Positions 1 to 10,160 of a DNA stretch of 64,000 nucleotides are shown piece after piece. Location: contig PRDH01000026.1 of assembly GCA_003345545.1 (NCBI GenBank), forward strand, positions 1 to 64,000, written 5' to 3'. The position numbers and the translations under genes were made by a program. This DNA comes from Candidatus Thorarchaeota archaeon (GTDB lineage Archaea > Asgardarchaeota > Thorarchaeia > Thorarchaeales > Thorarchaeaceae). How positions within the stretch are numbered: the stretch's first letter is position 1; each line of letters opens with the position of its first letter. The notes beneath the pieces were generated by a model. It saw nothing but the letters and a program-made list of their open reading frames with translations, was not told where the DNA came from and did no database searches.

Positions 1-231
1 GAGCTGGAATTCTCGTGGGTTCACGGCGATGAGCCCGAAACCCTCGTGAATGTCCGTTTTGAAGAGGTCAATGACCATACCCTGGTCACCCTCCATCATC
101 ACGGCTTCAAGTCGCCCTCTGCTGTCATTGGCTATGATGTTGGATGGTCTGGTATACTTGCAGAACTCAAGCTAGTTTGTGAGCTTGGCGAGTCAGGCAT
201 AGAGCGTATCAGTGATTGGGGTCAGATCTGA
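1..231 (+). CDS. SRPBCC/AHSA1-like domain protein, 5'-truncated by window edge
   Basis: Frame open from base 1 (ELEFSWVHGDEPETLVNVRFEE...TLVTLHHHGF...GWSGILAELK), the typical AHSA1 C-terminal pattern. Confidence 0.7.
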   Translation, partial: ELEFSWVHGDEPETLVNVRFEEVNDHTLVTLHHHGFKSPSAVIGYDVGWSGILAELKLVCELGESGIERISDWGQI

Positions 232-237
232 GCCGCT

Positions 238-978
238 CTAAAGCGGAAGAAGAATTATTCCTGGAAAAACAAAGTACCACATGGCGATAGCTGTCACCAT
301 AGGGATAAAGAAGTTGTCAGTCCATCCAATGCTGAGGACTTCAGCGACTGTGGCACAAGCCGCCACTATGATGATTTGGGGAAACACGCAGGAAATGCAG
401 GTATCCGGAGAATAGGCAATCAACGATGCCAGGATTGAGAGGATGGTGAATATGCATACTCCAATACTCCCTTCAACTGTTTTGTTTCGGAATTTACGTT
501 TGAAGATCCTACCTCCATAGGGCCTCCCTATCACCTCTCCAGCTGCATCTCCCCATGCAACAGCGAGGATGGCCGCCACGAAGATCTCCGGTCTGGAGAA
601 AAACAAAAGGAAAACGGTACCAAAGGAAATCATGCTCATCAAACCAGCCATAAATGTATTTGCGCGAGATTCTCCCTCGCGACTGCCTGCGAGCAGCAAG
701 TCCCAGATGAGCTCACTCTTATGGGCCCATGCGTAAAAGAGAATAGACAAGAAGATTCCTGCCGCTAAGGTCGGCCCGCTCAAATTCGAGTATCCTACTA
801 GGGTAAGACCCACAACAGTACCCATTGAAGCATGAACAAGTTTTCTTGCCTTCCATCTAGGTTTCCCTGATGACGCCATGTAGTATGCAACTGTGAGAAC
901 CAGTGAAGCGCATGCTCCAGTTGCAACTGCCATTATGACATCTGGAAGGGTCAAGTCCCCAAAGAATAGATCTACCAT
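238..978 (-). CDS. CTP-dependent polyprenol/diacylglycerol kinase family (dolichol/phytol kinase-like) membrane protein
   Basis: RKLVH, GDAAGEVIG, KTVEGS and DNFFIP motifs; multiple TM helices. Confidence 0.8.
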   Translation of the reverse strand: MVDLFFGDLTLPDVIMAVATGACASLVLTVAYYMASSGKPRWKARKLVHASMGTVVGLTLVGYSNLSGPTLAAGIFLSILFYAWAHKSELIWDLLLAGSREGESRANTFMAGLMSMISFGTVFLLFFSRPEIFVAAILAVAWGDAAGEVIGRPYGGRIFKRKFRNKTVEGSIGVCIFTILSILASLIAYSPDTCISCVFPQIIIVAACATVAEVLSIGWTDNFFIPMVTAIAMWYFVFPGIILLPL

Positions 979-1063
979 TTCACGACGCTCAAAAGGAGAG
1001 GTAGAGGACTATTTTTCTATTGCTAGTCTGCCTCATTCTGTTTTTCTAAGCCCTCGAGTTTCT

Positions 1064-1906
1064 TCACTTCTGGCAATTAGGACAGAAGTAGACCTGACCG
1101 CCTCCATGAGCTATCATCTCAATTCTTGCCCCACATTGAGGGCAGTTCTTGTCCTTCATGTTGGGACCCATTACTGGTATATGACGCCCTGGTTCCCCAT
1201 AGAGGTCAAGCCAGTTTTCTTTCCCACCTGAAGAAACGCGTGCATTGAGAATCTCCATCATAGCATCGAAGAGGTCGCGTTTCTGACTATCTGACAGTGT
1301 TGAGGTGTTTCTCTTCGGATGGATTCCTGCTTTGTAGATTATCTCTTGAAATGCAGCATTGCTTAGACCCACAACAACTGCAGTCCTCCCGACGATAGCT
1401 GCCTTGATATTCTGACCCCTTCTGTCAAGTAGTTCAGAGAATTTATCGAAGGTGAACTGATTCTCTCCTATAGGGGATGGAGTTTCTGAGAAGTCCCGTT
1501 TGACGACATATAGATTATTGACCTCATTGTCTGCTGCACAGTATACCATTCCCATGCCTGTTTGCCTGATTGTGAGATATGAGCCATCTGCAAAGCCAAC
1601 TTTCAGATGATGCTTCTTTGGCAGTGATTCCTCAGATGAATGGTAGAGAATGTCTGCACCGTAATCAGGGCCCAACACGAGGTTCAGCTTTTTGTTCAGT
1701 TGAACACGAATCACATTTCCGCGCTGATGAATTGATATTATCTTACAACCTATGAGACGATCGAATTCTCTGATGTCCTTGTTGATGAACCCGATTTTCT
1801 GAAGCTTCACATAGTCCCGCATTTCACACGCTTTGATCTGTTTGCCGAGTAATGTCTTTGTCATTTGTTCGGCAAGAATCATAGCTTCAGGTAGTTCAAC
1901 ACTCAT
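1064..1906 (-). CDS. Fpg/Nei-family DNA glycosylase-like protein (H2TH + zinc finger)
   Basis: Start re-called at ATG 1906 (MSVELPEA); RGN for RGK, GLSNAAFQEIIYKAGIHP H2TH motif, C-terminal CPQC...CPNCQ zinc finger. Confidence 0.85.
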   Translation of the reverse strand: MSVELPEAMILAEQMTKTLLGKQIKACEMRDYVKLQKIGFINKDIREFDRLIGCKIISIHQRGNVIRVQLNKKLNLVLGPDYGADILYHSSEESLPKKHHLKVGFADGSYLTIRQTGMGMVYCAADNEVNNLYVVKRDFSETPSPIGENQFTFDKFSELLDRRGQNIKAAIVGRTAVVVGLSNAAFQEIIYKAGIHPKRNTSTLSDSQKRDLFDAMMEILNARVSSGGKENWLDLYGEPGRHIPVMGPNMKDKNCPQCGARIEMIAHGGGQVYFCPNCQK

Positions 1907-2173
1907 TCTATTTGTCTCCACGCCATAAATTTGGTTGGCAGTTCTTGTTCTTCTGAGCCAGTAAGTTGAAGAAGATTTCGAAATCATGCAACGCTGATAT
2001 TCCACCATGGAATCACCGGCCACGGATTCTCTGCTTTGTTTTTCATGACGCACGAATACAATAATCCCATCTTCCATGTAGCTAGTTGGAACTCATACCC
2101 ATGCATTGCTCTTTATTAGGAGAGAGTTCACTACGCTCTTCCAAGCGTCAAGAAGAACCGAGATGTTAGGATT

Positions 2174-3220
2174 ATGAGGCCAGTGATTAGCAAGTGTGGA
2201 AATTTGTGCTCGATATGTCCGTGGGGCCATTGGATTCGGAAAAATCAAAGCCCTGCAGAGTGGGAGTCCTATGTTGAAGACGCGAAGAAGTATGTGGGAT
2301 TCACGCCAACAGAGAATCCTTGCCAAGGCTGTCAGACAGCAAATGAGCGACTGGCTAAAGATGTCGGCATCCATAATTTCATCCGAGGGTGCTACGCTCG
2401 CAAGTGCGCTTTGCATAATCGATTCGAGAACTGCGCATTCTGCTCAAGATATCCATGTGCCAAGATTAGAGAAATGAATCGTTCTGATAGGGTAGAAGAA
2501 ACTGAAAAACGTCTAGGTGAATCTATCCCTGATGACAAGTATGAGTCGTTCATTAGGCCTTTTGAAGGAAAGAAGACACTTGACGAAATACGAACCGGTC
2601 TTGGTTCTGACCAAATTCGAGAAGTAGAAACGGTTGATTTGATAGCACCAAAAACAACTGAGTTCCCCCAGGTGAAGAGGAACAAGATGAACACAACGTA
2701 TATGGCTCTTCATGATGCTCTCTCTAAAGTCATTACATCATCACTTGGCCTAAGTGATATTGACACGATTGCGGGGCAGGAGTTGTTTATTGCTCGTCGC
2801 GAAGTTCTGCTACGCCTCTTGTGGATCATAGCGAGGTATGGGACATTTAAAGATTCGAAGATATCAGTTGATTCGATAACGATTAATGCGAACAAAGGTG
2901 GAACGTCCGGTTTTCCAACAACTGAAGCTGCCTGGGGAAGATGGATTGACATTCTGTCCAGAACAGGCATTGTCGCTGAGATCGAATTTTCCACTCAGGA
3001 GCGGAGTAAGATCACCACTCCCACCGGTTGGTTGCGGGAGCGGATTCCGGATACCGGCATGCCAGCCTGGTTCCTGAAGGTCTCGTTTGATGATACCCTG
3101 GGCGGCATAGCATCTCTTAAGACTCTCCAGTCATATGCCCAAACGCTCGACGAAAAGAAAGGCAAGAGTGCGTTTGCCACTTTCAAGAAGGCGGACATGC
3201 TGTTCCTCCAGGACGCTTGA
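2174..3220 (+). CDS. DUF3795-like Cys-rich protein with long C-terminal extension
   Basis: CGNLCSICP, CQGC and CYARKC...CAFCSRYPC pattern. Confidence 0.65.
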   Translation: MRPVISKCGNLCSICPWGHWIRKNQSPAEWESYVEDAKKYVGFTPTENPCQGCQTANERLAKDVGIHNFIRGCYARKCALHNRFENCAFCSRYPCAKIREMNRSDRVEETEKRLGESIPDDKYESFIRPFEGKKTLDEIRTGLGSDQIREVETVDLIAPKTTEFPQVKRNKMNTTYMALHDALSKVITSSLGLSDIDTIAGQELFIARREVLLRLLWIIARYGTFKDSKISVDSITINANKGGTSGFPTTEAAWGRWIDILSRTGIVAEIEFSTQERSKITTPTGWLRERIPDTGMPAWFLKVSFDDTLGGIASLKTLQSYAQTLDEKKGKSAFATFKKADMLFLQDA

Positions 3221-3304
3221 ATCTCACAGGAACATGTCTGAAGTTCTCGAAAGGGTGTTTCAACATCAAGCAGAGTTATATCAAAGTCACGCTCTTCGAA
3301 AATT

Positions 3305-3988
3305 ATGATAGAGCAGGTATGCAGGCGTATTCACTCCGAACTGGAAACGAATAGTAACTCGGAAAGAAGAGAAAGGTCAGCGAATTATCTGAAGACGTCA
3401 AGACTTGATTTCATTGGAGTAGAGCTTCCGGACATCCATCGGATTGTCACGACGAACATCAAAAACCTGACGACCGATGATTTGCCTATTCTCATGAAGC
3501 TGCTTTGGAGTATCAAGACATTCGAAACTCGTGTAGCTGCGACTGATGTCATGAAGGAATACGCCAAGAGAGGCGATGTCTTCATGGCTTTGGAGATAGC
3601 TGACTTCTGGGTTGATGAAGCTGACACGTGGGGGATAACCGACCCTCTCTGTTCTCCTACTATTGGAATCCTCTTACTTCGCGATCCTAAGGTTGAGAAT
3701 GTGATCAAGTCATGGCGCAAGTCTGAGAATTTCTGGAGGCGCCGCTGTTCAGTACTGCCCTATCTTTACCTGTCACTGAAGAGCCAATACAGAGAGGAAT
3801 ATAGCCAGAGGATACTTGATGCAGTCACGCCTCACATCTCAGATGAGGAGTTCTTTGTTGGGAAGGCTGCTGGGTGGGTTCTGCGTGAGTTGAGTAAGAG
3901 GGAACCCGAGTTAGTCGCCAGATACTTCGAGAACTACCATGACAAAATGACGGAACTTGTATTCAGAGAAGGAAGAATGAAACTCTAG
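3305..3988 (+). CDS. AlkD-family DNA alkylation repair glycosylase (HEAT-like repeat)
   Basis: FIGV, WGITD, FWRRR and EFFVGKAAGWVLRE motifs. Confidence 0.85.
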   Translation: MIEQVCRRIHSELETNSNSERRERSANYLKTSRLDFIGVELPDIHRIVTTNIKNLTTDDLPILMKLLWSIKTFETRVAATDVMKEYAKRGDVFMALEIADFWVDEADTWGITDPLCSPTIGILLLRDPKVENVIKSWRKSENFWRRRCSVLPYLYLSLKSQYREEYSQRILDAVTPHISDEEFFVGKAAGWVLRELSKREPELVARYFENYHDKMTELVFREGRMKL

Positions 3989-4157
3989 AACTTGAGCAGG
4001 CTGGTTCCAAAATACCATCTCCTCGTGCGAAGATGAGTGAGAAGATATGAGGACTAGTCCGGAAACTATGATGGATTCACGGAACCAACTTGGCGTTCAT
4101 AGTCCACTCGGGTTCGCTGAGCAAAACGACCTTAAGACAGATAGCCAGAGGACAATT

Positions 4158-5393
4158 ATGATAGAGATCTCGGCTCAGCAGGCGAGAGACTTTATTCTTG
4201 AGGTTCAGGGTCTCAGAACCAAGACACCATGCAAATCTGTCTTGGAGGTAGCGCGGAGAATCTACAACATTCAGATAGACACAATCTCTGTCGTTTCTCG
4301 CAGCCATGACCTGATAGCGTTCAATCGATATCCTCACTACAAGGAAGGATCAATTTGGGACTATCAGAAGGAAGGCAGAATTTTCGAATACTGGTCTCAT
4401 GCCATGTGCCTGATGCCCATGGAAGCATATCCGTTGACAGCATGGAGAAAGAGCCACTATCATGAGGAGATGTGGAGCTCCTTCAGGAGTTGGGGCATTA
4501 AAAACAAAGAGGTAGTAGAGCAAGTCTACAACAAGGTGAAAGAGGAAGGCGTGACGAACAGCGCTTCACTCGGTGATAAGAAGAGTCGCCCATCTACAGG
4601 TTGGTGGGACTGGAAGGTTGAGAAGCGTGCACTGGAATATCTCTTCTATTTGGGAGACCTGATGGTTGCCTACCGGAGAGGTTTTCAGAAATACTATGAC
4701 CTCCCTGAGAGAGTAATCCCTGCAGGCATCGATGCAGAACCTCCATCTGATGAGGAGGCTGCTCGTCTAATCGTGGAGAGTACTCTAGGGTCTCTAGGTC
4801 TCGGTACGCAGCAGGATGTGCGAACATATCATGGTAGCATGCCTGGCAAGAAGCTCTGGGGCGGCAAGAAGGAGAGAGTTGAGGCTTTCTTAGATATTCT
4901 GATGCACGAGGGGCTTATTGAGGAGGTCAGGATAATCGGGCAAAAAGAACGCTACTTCACTCTCTCCCTACATGCTGAGAAGCTGCGGTCCAGCCTCGAA
5001 TCAGTTGGTGAAGACGCAACTGTGAAAATCCTGAGCCCTTTCGACAATATCCTGCGAGAACGTCACTTTCCGAGGAGGCATTGGGATTTTGATTACGTGG
5101 TTGAGTGCTATGTCCCCCCTGCAAAGAGGGTGTATGGCTACTTTGTCCTCCCCATTCTTGACCAAAGTAATTTAGCAGGGAGATTGGATGCCAAGGTCCA
5201 TAGAGAGAAAGGTATGCTTGAAATCAAATCGTTGTATATCGAAAATGATGAACTCAAGACCAGCGAGGGAGTTGAACGCCTGAAGGCAGGACTCCAGGAA
5301 TTTGCAGTCTTTCACAACTGTAGCTCAATCTCAATCGCAAAAGTCAATCCGCGGAATATGACAAGAAGCGTTCGCGCTCTTCTAGAGAGCTAG
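4158..5393 (+). CDS. YcaQ/AlkZ-family (HTH_42) interstrand-crosslink DNA glycosylase
   Basis: QID catalytic motif (IQIDTISVVSRSH), FEYWSH, LSPFD, ECYVPPAKRVYGYFVLPIL; start re-called at ATG 4158. Confidence 0.88.
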   Translation: MIEISAQQARDFILEVQGLRTKTPCKSVLEVARRIYNIQIDTISVVSRSHDLIAFNRYPHYKEGSIWDYQKEGRIFEYWSHAMCLMPMEAYPLTAWRKSHYHEEMWSSFRSWGIKNKEVVEQVYNKVKEEGVTNSASLGDKKSRPSTGWWDWKVEKRALEYLFYLGDLMVAYRRGFQKYYDLPERVIPAGIDAEPPSDEEAARLIVESTLGSLGLGTQQDVRTYHGSMPGKKLWGGKKERVEAFLDILMHEGLIEEVRIIGQKERYFTLSLHAEKLRSSLESVGEDATVKILSPFDNILRERHFPRRHWDFDYVVECYVPPAKRVYGYFVLPILDQSNLAGRLDAKVHREKGMLEIKSLYIENDELKTSEGVERLKAGLQEFAVFHNCSSISIAKVNPRNMTRSVRALLES

Positions 5394-5531
5394 AACAATA
5401 TTTGCCGTTGTTGCGTATCGCTAAACTTATTTGCGTGAGACCATGACATATTGTACCGCGTCGAGTTAAGAGCTTGTTACCAATCCTTAGTAATGAAAGC
5501 CCGCGACCTAGGGATGCGAGGATGCCGTATA

Positions 5532-6119
5532 GTGAAGGACCAAGATGATGGCAGCAGAATTCTGAAGGCAGTACTCATAGGGGACGGAGGGGTCGGCAAG
5601 ACAAGTATTCGCCGCAATTACCTTGGTGAGGAGTTCACAGAAGGTCACATAGCGACGATTGGCGTTGACTTGGCCACTAAACGAGTCCTTTTCAACCAAG
5701 ACATTGTGAAATTCATCATCTGGGACCTTGCTGGTCAGCCTACATTCGAGAAGGTCAGAGGCCATTACTATTCAGGCTGCAATGGTATTCTGTTGGTATA
5801 CTCAGTAGTGAGTCGATCATCGTTTGAGAATGCCTCCAAGTGGCTTGTCGAGGCTTTCAAGAACATGGGCCCATTGCCACCAACTGTCATTATCGGTAAC
5901 AAGACGGACCTGAGATATTCACTTGATAAGTCGAAGTATGTGACGCCAGAGGAGGGCCAGGAGTTCACTAAGTACTTCATCAACAAGCTTGGAGTACCTG
6001 CCATTTTCCGTGAGACCAGTGCCAAGACGGGAAATGGAATCCAAGATGCTTTCACAGAGCTGCTGCGTTTGATGGATGAGGCCGAGGGAGAGAAAAAGAG
6101 CGACTACTTCATCGGATAG
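5532..6119 (+). CDS. Rab-like small GTPase
   Basis: G1 GDGGVGKT, G2 TIGVD, G3 WDLAGQ, G4 NKTD, G5 SAK; start probably GTG 5532 (frame open from 5451). Confidence 0.9.
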   Translation: MKDQDDGSRILKAVLIGDGGVGKTSIRRNYLGEEFTEGHIATIGVDLATKRVLFNQDIVKFIIWDLAGQPTFEKVRGHYYSGCNGILLVYSVVSRSSFENASKWLVEAFKNMGPLPPTVIIGNKTDLRYSLDKSKYVTPEEGQEFTKYFINKLGVPAIFRETSAKTGNGIQDAFTELLRLMDEAEGEKKSDYFIG

Positions 6120-6211
6120 ATACCTAGAATCTCGTGGCGACATCCTAGAGTTTATAAAGTTCTCAGAGTATTAACTATTGTTCATTTGATATGCAACACG
6201 GAGACGATATC

Positions 6212-8845
6212 ATGAGTGCGCAGACCACAGTCGGTGAAGGCAAACAACGCATATCCATGAAGATAGAGGGAATGCATTGTGCATCCTGCGTGGCTACCAT
6301 TGAGAAATCACTGTTGAGCCAGGATGGGGTCATAAATGCAACAGTCAACCTGTTGGATGAGAAGGCTGTGGTTGAGTTTGAATCAGGGAAGGTGAATAGA
6401 TCTGTCCTAGAGAAAGCCGTCGAATCCAGTGGCTACCGTGCAAAACGCTCCGTAATGACACTCGCCCTTGAGCCTGCTCCCAGAGATGACCAATGGAATG
6501 AGATTGTTGAGTCCATAGAATCTCTTACTGGTGCAATATCAGCGAGTGCATACTCAGAGTCGGGCCGTGTCCTTGTTGAGTATGATGAAGACCTATTGAC
6601 TCCCAAGATTGTGCGACGCCAACTGCAATCATTAGGATTCGAAATCGGAGAAAGCACGGTTTCGGGTGTTGATAGGGAAACCCTTGCAAGGGAAGAAGAA
6701 ATCAAGTATTTCGAATACCGATTTGTCTTCGCGCTCATTCTCACTATTCCGGTCATGTTCATAACTTTCGGAATCGCACTCCTTCCACCCGGATTTCCTT
6801 CGGACCTGACCATGTTCATTCTTACAACACCGATTCAATTCATTGCAGGCTATCCATTCTACAGATCTAGCTTCAGAGCACTAGTTCACGGCAAGACGAA
6901 TATGGACACATTGATTATGCTCGGAACAAGTGTTGCATACTTCTATTCAGTTGCTGCAACATTCTTTCTCACGGGCTACATGTCGTTCTATGATACGTCA
7001 GCTGCACTAGTCACATTCATACTTCTCGGCAGATGGCTCGAAGCGTATGCAAAGGGAAGAACCTCAACTGCAATACGGAGTCTGATGGATCTTCAGGCAA
7101 CAGTTGCTGTGGTCATTCGGAAGGGGGAGGAGGTTGCCATCCCTGCAGAAGATGTGGAAGTCGGAGACCTACTGGTCATCAAGCCTGGTGACAAAATCCC
7201 CGTTGATGGTCAAGTCTACGAAGGCAGGTCATCCGTTGACGAGTCGATGATCACCGGTGAATCAGTTCCTGTGGAGAAGAATGTTGGTGACCAGGTGATT
7301 GGAGCCACGATTAACAAGAACGGATTGCTCCGGATTAGAGCCACGAAGGTCGGACAAGACACTGCTCTCTCGCAGATAGTCCGTCTAGTTGAGAATGCCC
7401 AGACACAAAAACCTCCAATTCAGAGGAAAGCTGACGCAATAGCAGAGTACTTTGTGCCAATGGTTCTCATAATCGGGTTGGCTACATTTCTTGCATGGAT
7501 ATTCTTGGGCGGTGTACCTTGGGATGTCGCCCTCAATTACACAACTGCTGTCATTGTTGCAGCATGTCCTTGTGCATTGGGTCTTGCGACACCAACAGCA
7601 ATCATGGTTGGCCTTGGGAAGGGCGCTCAGAATGGCATTCTCATCAAGAACGGAGCTGGACTAGAGACAATTCCTAACATTGATACGATTGTCTTCGATA
7701 AGACAGGAACTCTGACCATTGGACGACCCGCTGTGACTGACTTCATCACGGCACCGAATGTGAAGACGGAGAACGCGCTCGCGCTCATGGCCTCTGTTGA
7801 AAAAGGGAGTGAGCATCCCCTTGCTGAGGCAATTGTGCGTTATGCAGAGGAGATGGGTGTCCATTTCACAAAGCCGACGGAATTCCAATCGCAATCTGGC
7901 CGCGGCGTGACTTCTATAATCAATGGAATAACAGTACTTGTGGGCAGCAGTCGCTTCATGAACGAAAACGGAGTCGATATCACCCAGCTTGAGACTCACG
8001 CAGAGGAGCTAGAGACACAAGCCAAGACGACGGTCTTTGCTGCGGCAGATTCGAGCGCATTGGCTCTTGCAGCAATATCTGATCCGCTCAAGTCAAGCTC
8101 AATATATGCCATTGATACTCTGAAGCAACTTGGCATAGAGATATGGATGATAACAGGGGACAAGGAGCGAACAGCGAATGCAATTGCTGAGAAACTAGGC
8201 ATTTCCAACGTCCTCTTCGAGGTCCTTCCAGGGGAGAAAGCCGAGAATGTCAAAAGACTTCAAGAAGAGGGTAAGACTGTGGCTTTTGTAGGAGATGGTG
8301 TCAATGACGCTCCTGCTCTTGCTCAGGCAGATGTCGGAATAGCTCTTGGTTCAGGGACTGATGTTTCGGTCGAAACCGGTGACATAGTCCTGGTTCGAGA
8401 TGAGCTGACCGATGTAGTATCAGGTATCGAATTGGGCCGTAGAACTGTATCAAAAATCCGCCAAGGTTTCTTCTGGGCGCTCATCTACAACATGATTCTG
8501 GTGCCCATAGCCGCAGGAGTGTTCTATCCATTCACTGGACTTGTGCTTCGACCTGAGTTCGCGGGTCTAGCAATGGCGCTGTCAAGTGTGAGCGTCGTAT
8601 CTAATGCTCTACTACTGGGGCGATTTGAACCGAAAAAGATCGCAGGTCTTCCATCCGAGGAACAGACTTTGTCGTTAGCGCCCGAGGCGGCAATAGACCC
8701 AGTATGCAAGATGGACGTGGAGATTGCCGGCGCATCACTGACTAGTGAGTACAAAGGGAAGAAGTACTACTTCTGCAGCCCGTACTGCAAGACAACCTTT
8801 GATGCCAATCCGAAGGAATATGAGAATCGAGATATCAGGGACTAA
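6212..8845 (+). CDS. copA: Cu(I)-translocating P1B-type ATPase with C-terminal YHS/TRASH domain
   Basis: HMA GMHCASC, TGES, CPCALG, DKTGT, HP, GDGVND, YN and MALSS; C-terminal DPVCKM...YYFCSPYC. Confidence 0.93.
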   Translation: MSAQTTVGEGKQRISMKIEGMHCASCVATIEKSLLSQDGVINATVNLLDEKAVVEFESGKVNRSVLEKAVESSGYRAKRSVMTLALEPAPRDDQWNEIVESIESLTGAISASAYSESGRVLVEYDEDLLTPKIVRRQLQSLGFEIGESTVSGVDRETLAREEEIKYFEYRFVFALILTIPVMFITFGIALLPPGFPSDLTMFILTTPIQFIAGYPFYRSSFRALVHGKTNMDTLIMLGTSVAYFYSVAATFFLTGYMSFYDTSAALVTFILLGRWLEAYAKGRTSTAIRSLMDLQATVAVVIRKGEEVAIPAEDVEVGDLLVIKPGDKIPVDGQVYEGRSSVDESMITGESVPVEKNVGDQVIGATINKNGLLRIRATKVGQDTALSQIVRLVENAQTQKPPIQRKADAIAEYFVPMVLIIGLATFLAWIFLGGVPWDVALNYTTAVIVAACPCALGLATPTAIMVGLGKGAQNGILIKNGAGLETIPNIDTIVFDKTGTLTIGRPAVTDFITAPNVKTENALALMASVEKGSEHPLAEAIVRYAEEMGVHFTKPTEFQSQSGRGVTSIINGITVLVGSSRFMNENGVDITQLETHAEELETQAKTTVFAAADSSALALAAISDPLKSSSIYAIDTLKQLGIEIWMITGDKERTANAIAEKLGISNVLFEVLPGEKAENVKRLQEEGKTVAFVGDGVNDAPALAQADVGIALGSGTDVSVETGDIVLVRDELTDVVSGIELGRRTVSKIRQGFFWALIYNMILVPIAAGVFYPFTGLVLRPEFAGLAMALSSVSVVSNALLLGRFEPKKIAGLPSEEQTLSLAPEAAIDPVCKMDVEIAGASLTSEYKGKKYYFCSPYCKTTFDANPKEYENRDIRD

Positions 8846-9264
8846 TACCGAGACGCATTTCGCCCTGTCGTCATCTCTCTTATCCTTCTCTCTAGAGTGT
8901 CCTCTGCAGCTGACTGGGAGCCCCAGTCCATGCCGAGCAAACCCTGTCCTCCTCCACTGGCGATTACAGTAATCCTGCTCTTTTGTTGGCTGATTGCAGA
9001 CTCGTAGATGACTGTAATTGTCTGATTACTGCTGGTTCTGAAAACAAACTCCTCATGTACAAAGACAGCTACAATGGTGTCACCGACGGTCCACCGCTTG
9101 GAATATGACTTGCTGTAGTTCTTCTCCAGGTAGTCATGAACTCTGTAATCAAACTCTCTGTCGAACTCGATGTACCTCAAATGTCTCACCCTTGCTAGCA
9201 CAATCTTAATGACTTGTTCCAGCGACGCCTTATAGTCTTTTTTTAATCTGATACGCAAGATCAC
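8842..9264 (-). CDS. hypothetical protein (DUF6054-like)
   Basis: 140-aa ORF filling the gap; [14 protein letters not shown] pattern resembles DUF6054. Confidence 0.5.
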   Translation of the reverse strand: MILRIRLKKDYKASLEQVIKIVLARVRHLRYIEFDREFDYRVHDYLEKNYSKSYSKRWTVGDTIVAVFVHEEFVFRTSSNQTITVIYESAISQQKSRITVIASGGGQGLLGMDWGSQSAAEDTLERRIREMTTGRNASRY

Positions 9265-9280
9265 TGAGCAAGTAGAGCTC

Positions 9281-10057
9281 TCAATCTGTGCTAGACTCTA
9301 TTGGAAAGCCCTGAGGACTCCTCATCTTGTGTTTCTCGATATAGGGGATGAGTACGAACATCATGAGATAGAGGATTGGTGCTCCAGTGTTGAACTCAAA
9401 GACGCTGTTGAAGATGATGTCAAAGACGCTTGATGCCCTCATTCCAGCTAAGAAGAGAGTTATCTCCATGGAGAAGTGAACAAAGATGCCGACGAGGAAG
9501 ATATACAATATCCGCCTAGGACTGAGTTCGAATTTGTTCTTGAGCGCTAGTAATGCCAATAGAGCGTATTCAGCTATGACCGCATAGACCTCGGTAATCC
9601 GCTGATCTGTCATGACTCGTGCTACTGTCACTTTAGAATCATTGATTGGGAAAATGTTCGACAGGAGACCTATGGCAAGCCAACCTGAGAAGAGGAATAG
9701 TGACCACTTTATCCGATTGCCCCTCTCAGTCCTTGGTTGGTCTGGTCTACGCATGAACATGACCTGAACATATGAGTACTGTATCATACCATAAGTGATT
9801 GAGAAGTACACGAAGAAGCCCAAAGGCGACATCCAGATTGGCAACCCCTCAACTGTTCGAATTCCAAGAATGCTATACCAGTAGCAATAGTCAACGATGA
9901 AGTTCACCAAGATTCCAAAAAGGCCGAATACCAGCGGTATCACGAGACGCTTCTTGTAGAGTAGCAGAATCCAGAGCCCGGCCAAGACAAGATCGAAGAG
10001 CATGAAGTCAACATCAAACACTCTGATGACGATACTCTCGAATTGCATAGAATGCAT
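9281..10057 (-). CDS. multi-pass membrane protein, unknown function
   Basis: About 7 hydrophobic segments; start may be ATG 10048. Confidence 0.65.
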   Translation of the reverse strand: MHSMQFESIVIRVFDVDFMLFDLVLAGLWILLLYKKRLVIPLVFGLFGILVNFIVDYCYWYSILGIRTVEGLPIWMSPLGFFVYFSITYGMIQYSYVQVMFMRRPDQPRTERGNRIKWSLFLFSGWLAIGLLSNIFPINDSKVTVARVMTDQRITEVYAVIAEYALLALLALKNKFELSPRRILYIFLVGIFVHFSMEITLFLAGMRASSVFDIIFNSVFEFNTGAPILYLMMFVLIPYIEKHKMRSPQGFPIESSTD

Positions 10058-10160
10058 ATTACCCGTGTTCGAGTAGAAATATGTTTGTTTCTAGAATTCC
10101 CTGGAAGATGAGTGTCAAGCTGTTTAGGGCATAGCAGCTAGAATGGCAAAGTGCTTCGCA

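Noticed and set aside
1907-2077. 57-aa N-terminal extension of the Fpg-like ORF in the track (similar extensions at 4047, 5451, 14505, 14863, 26228, 54265, 59103)
   Set aside because: Longest-ORF artefacts; family homology and RBS positions begin at downstream starts.
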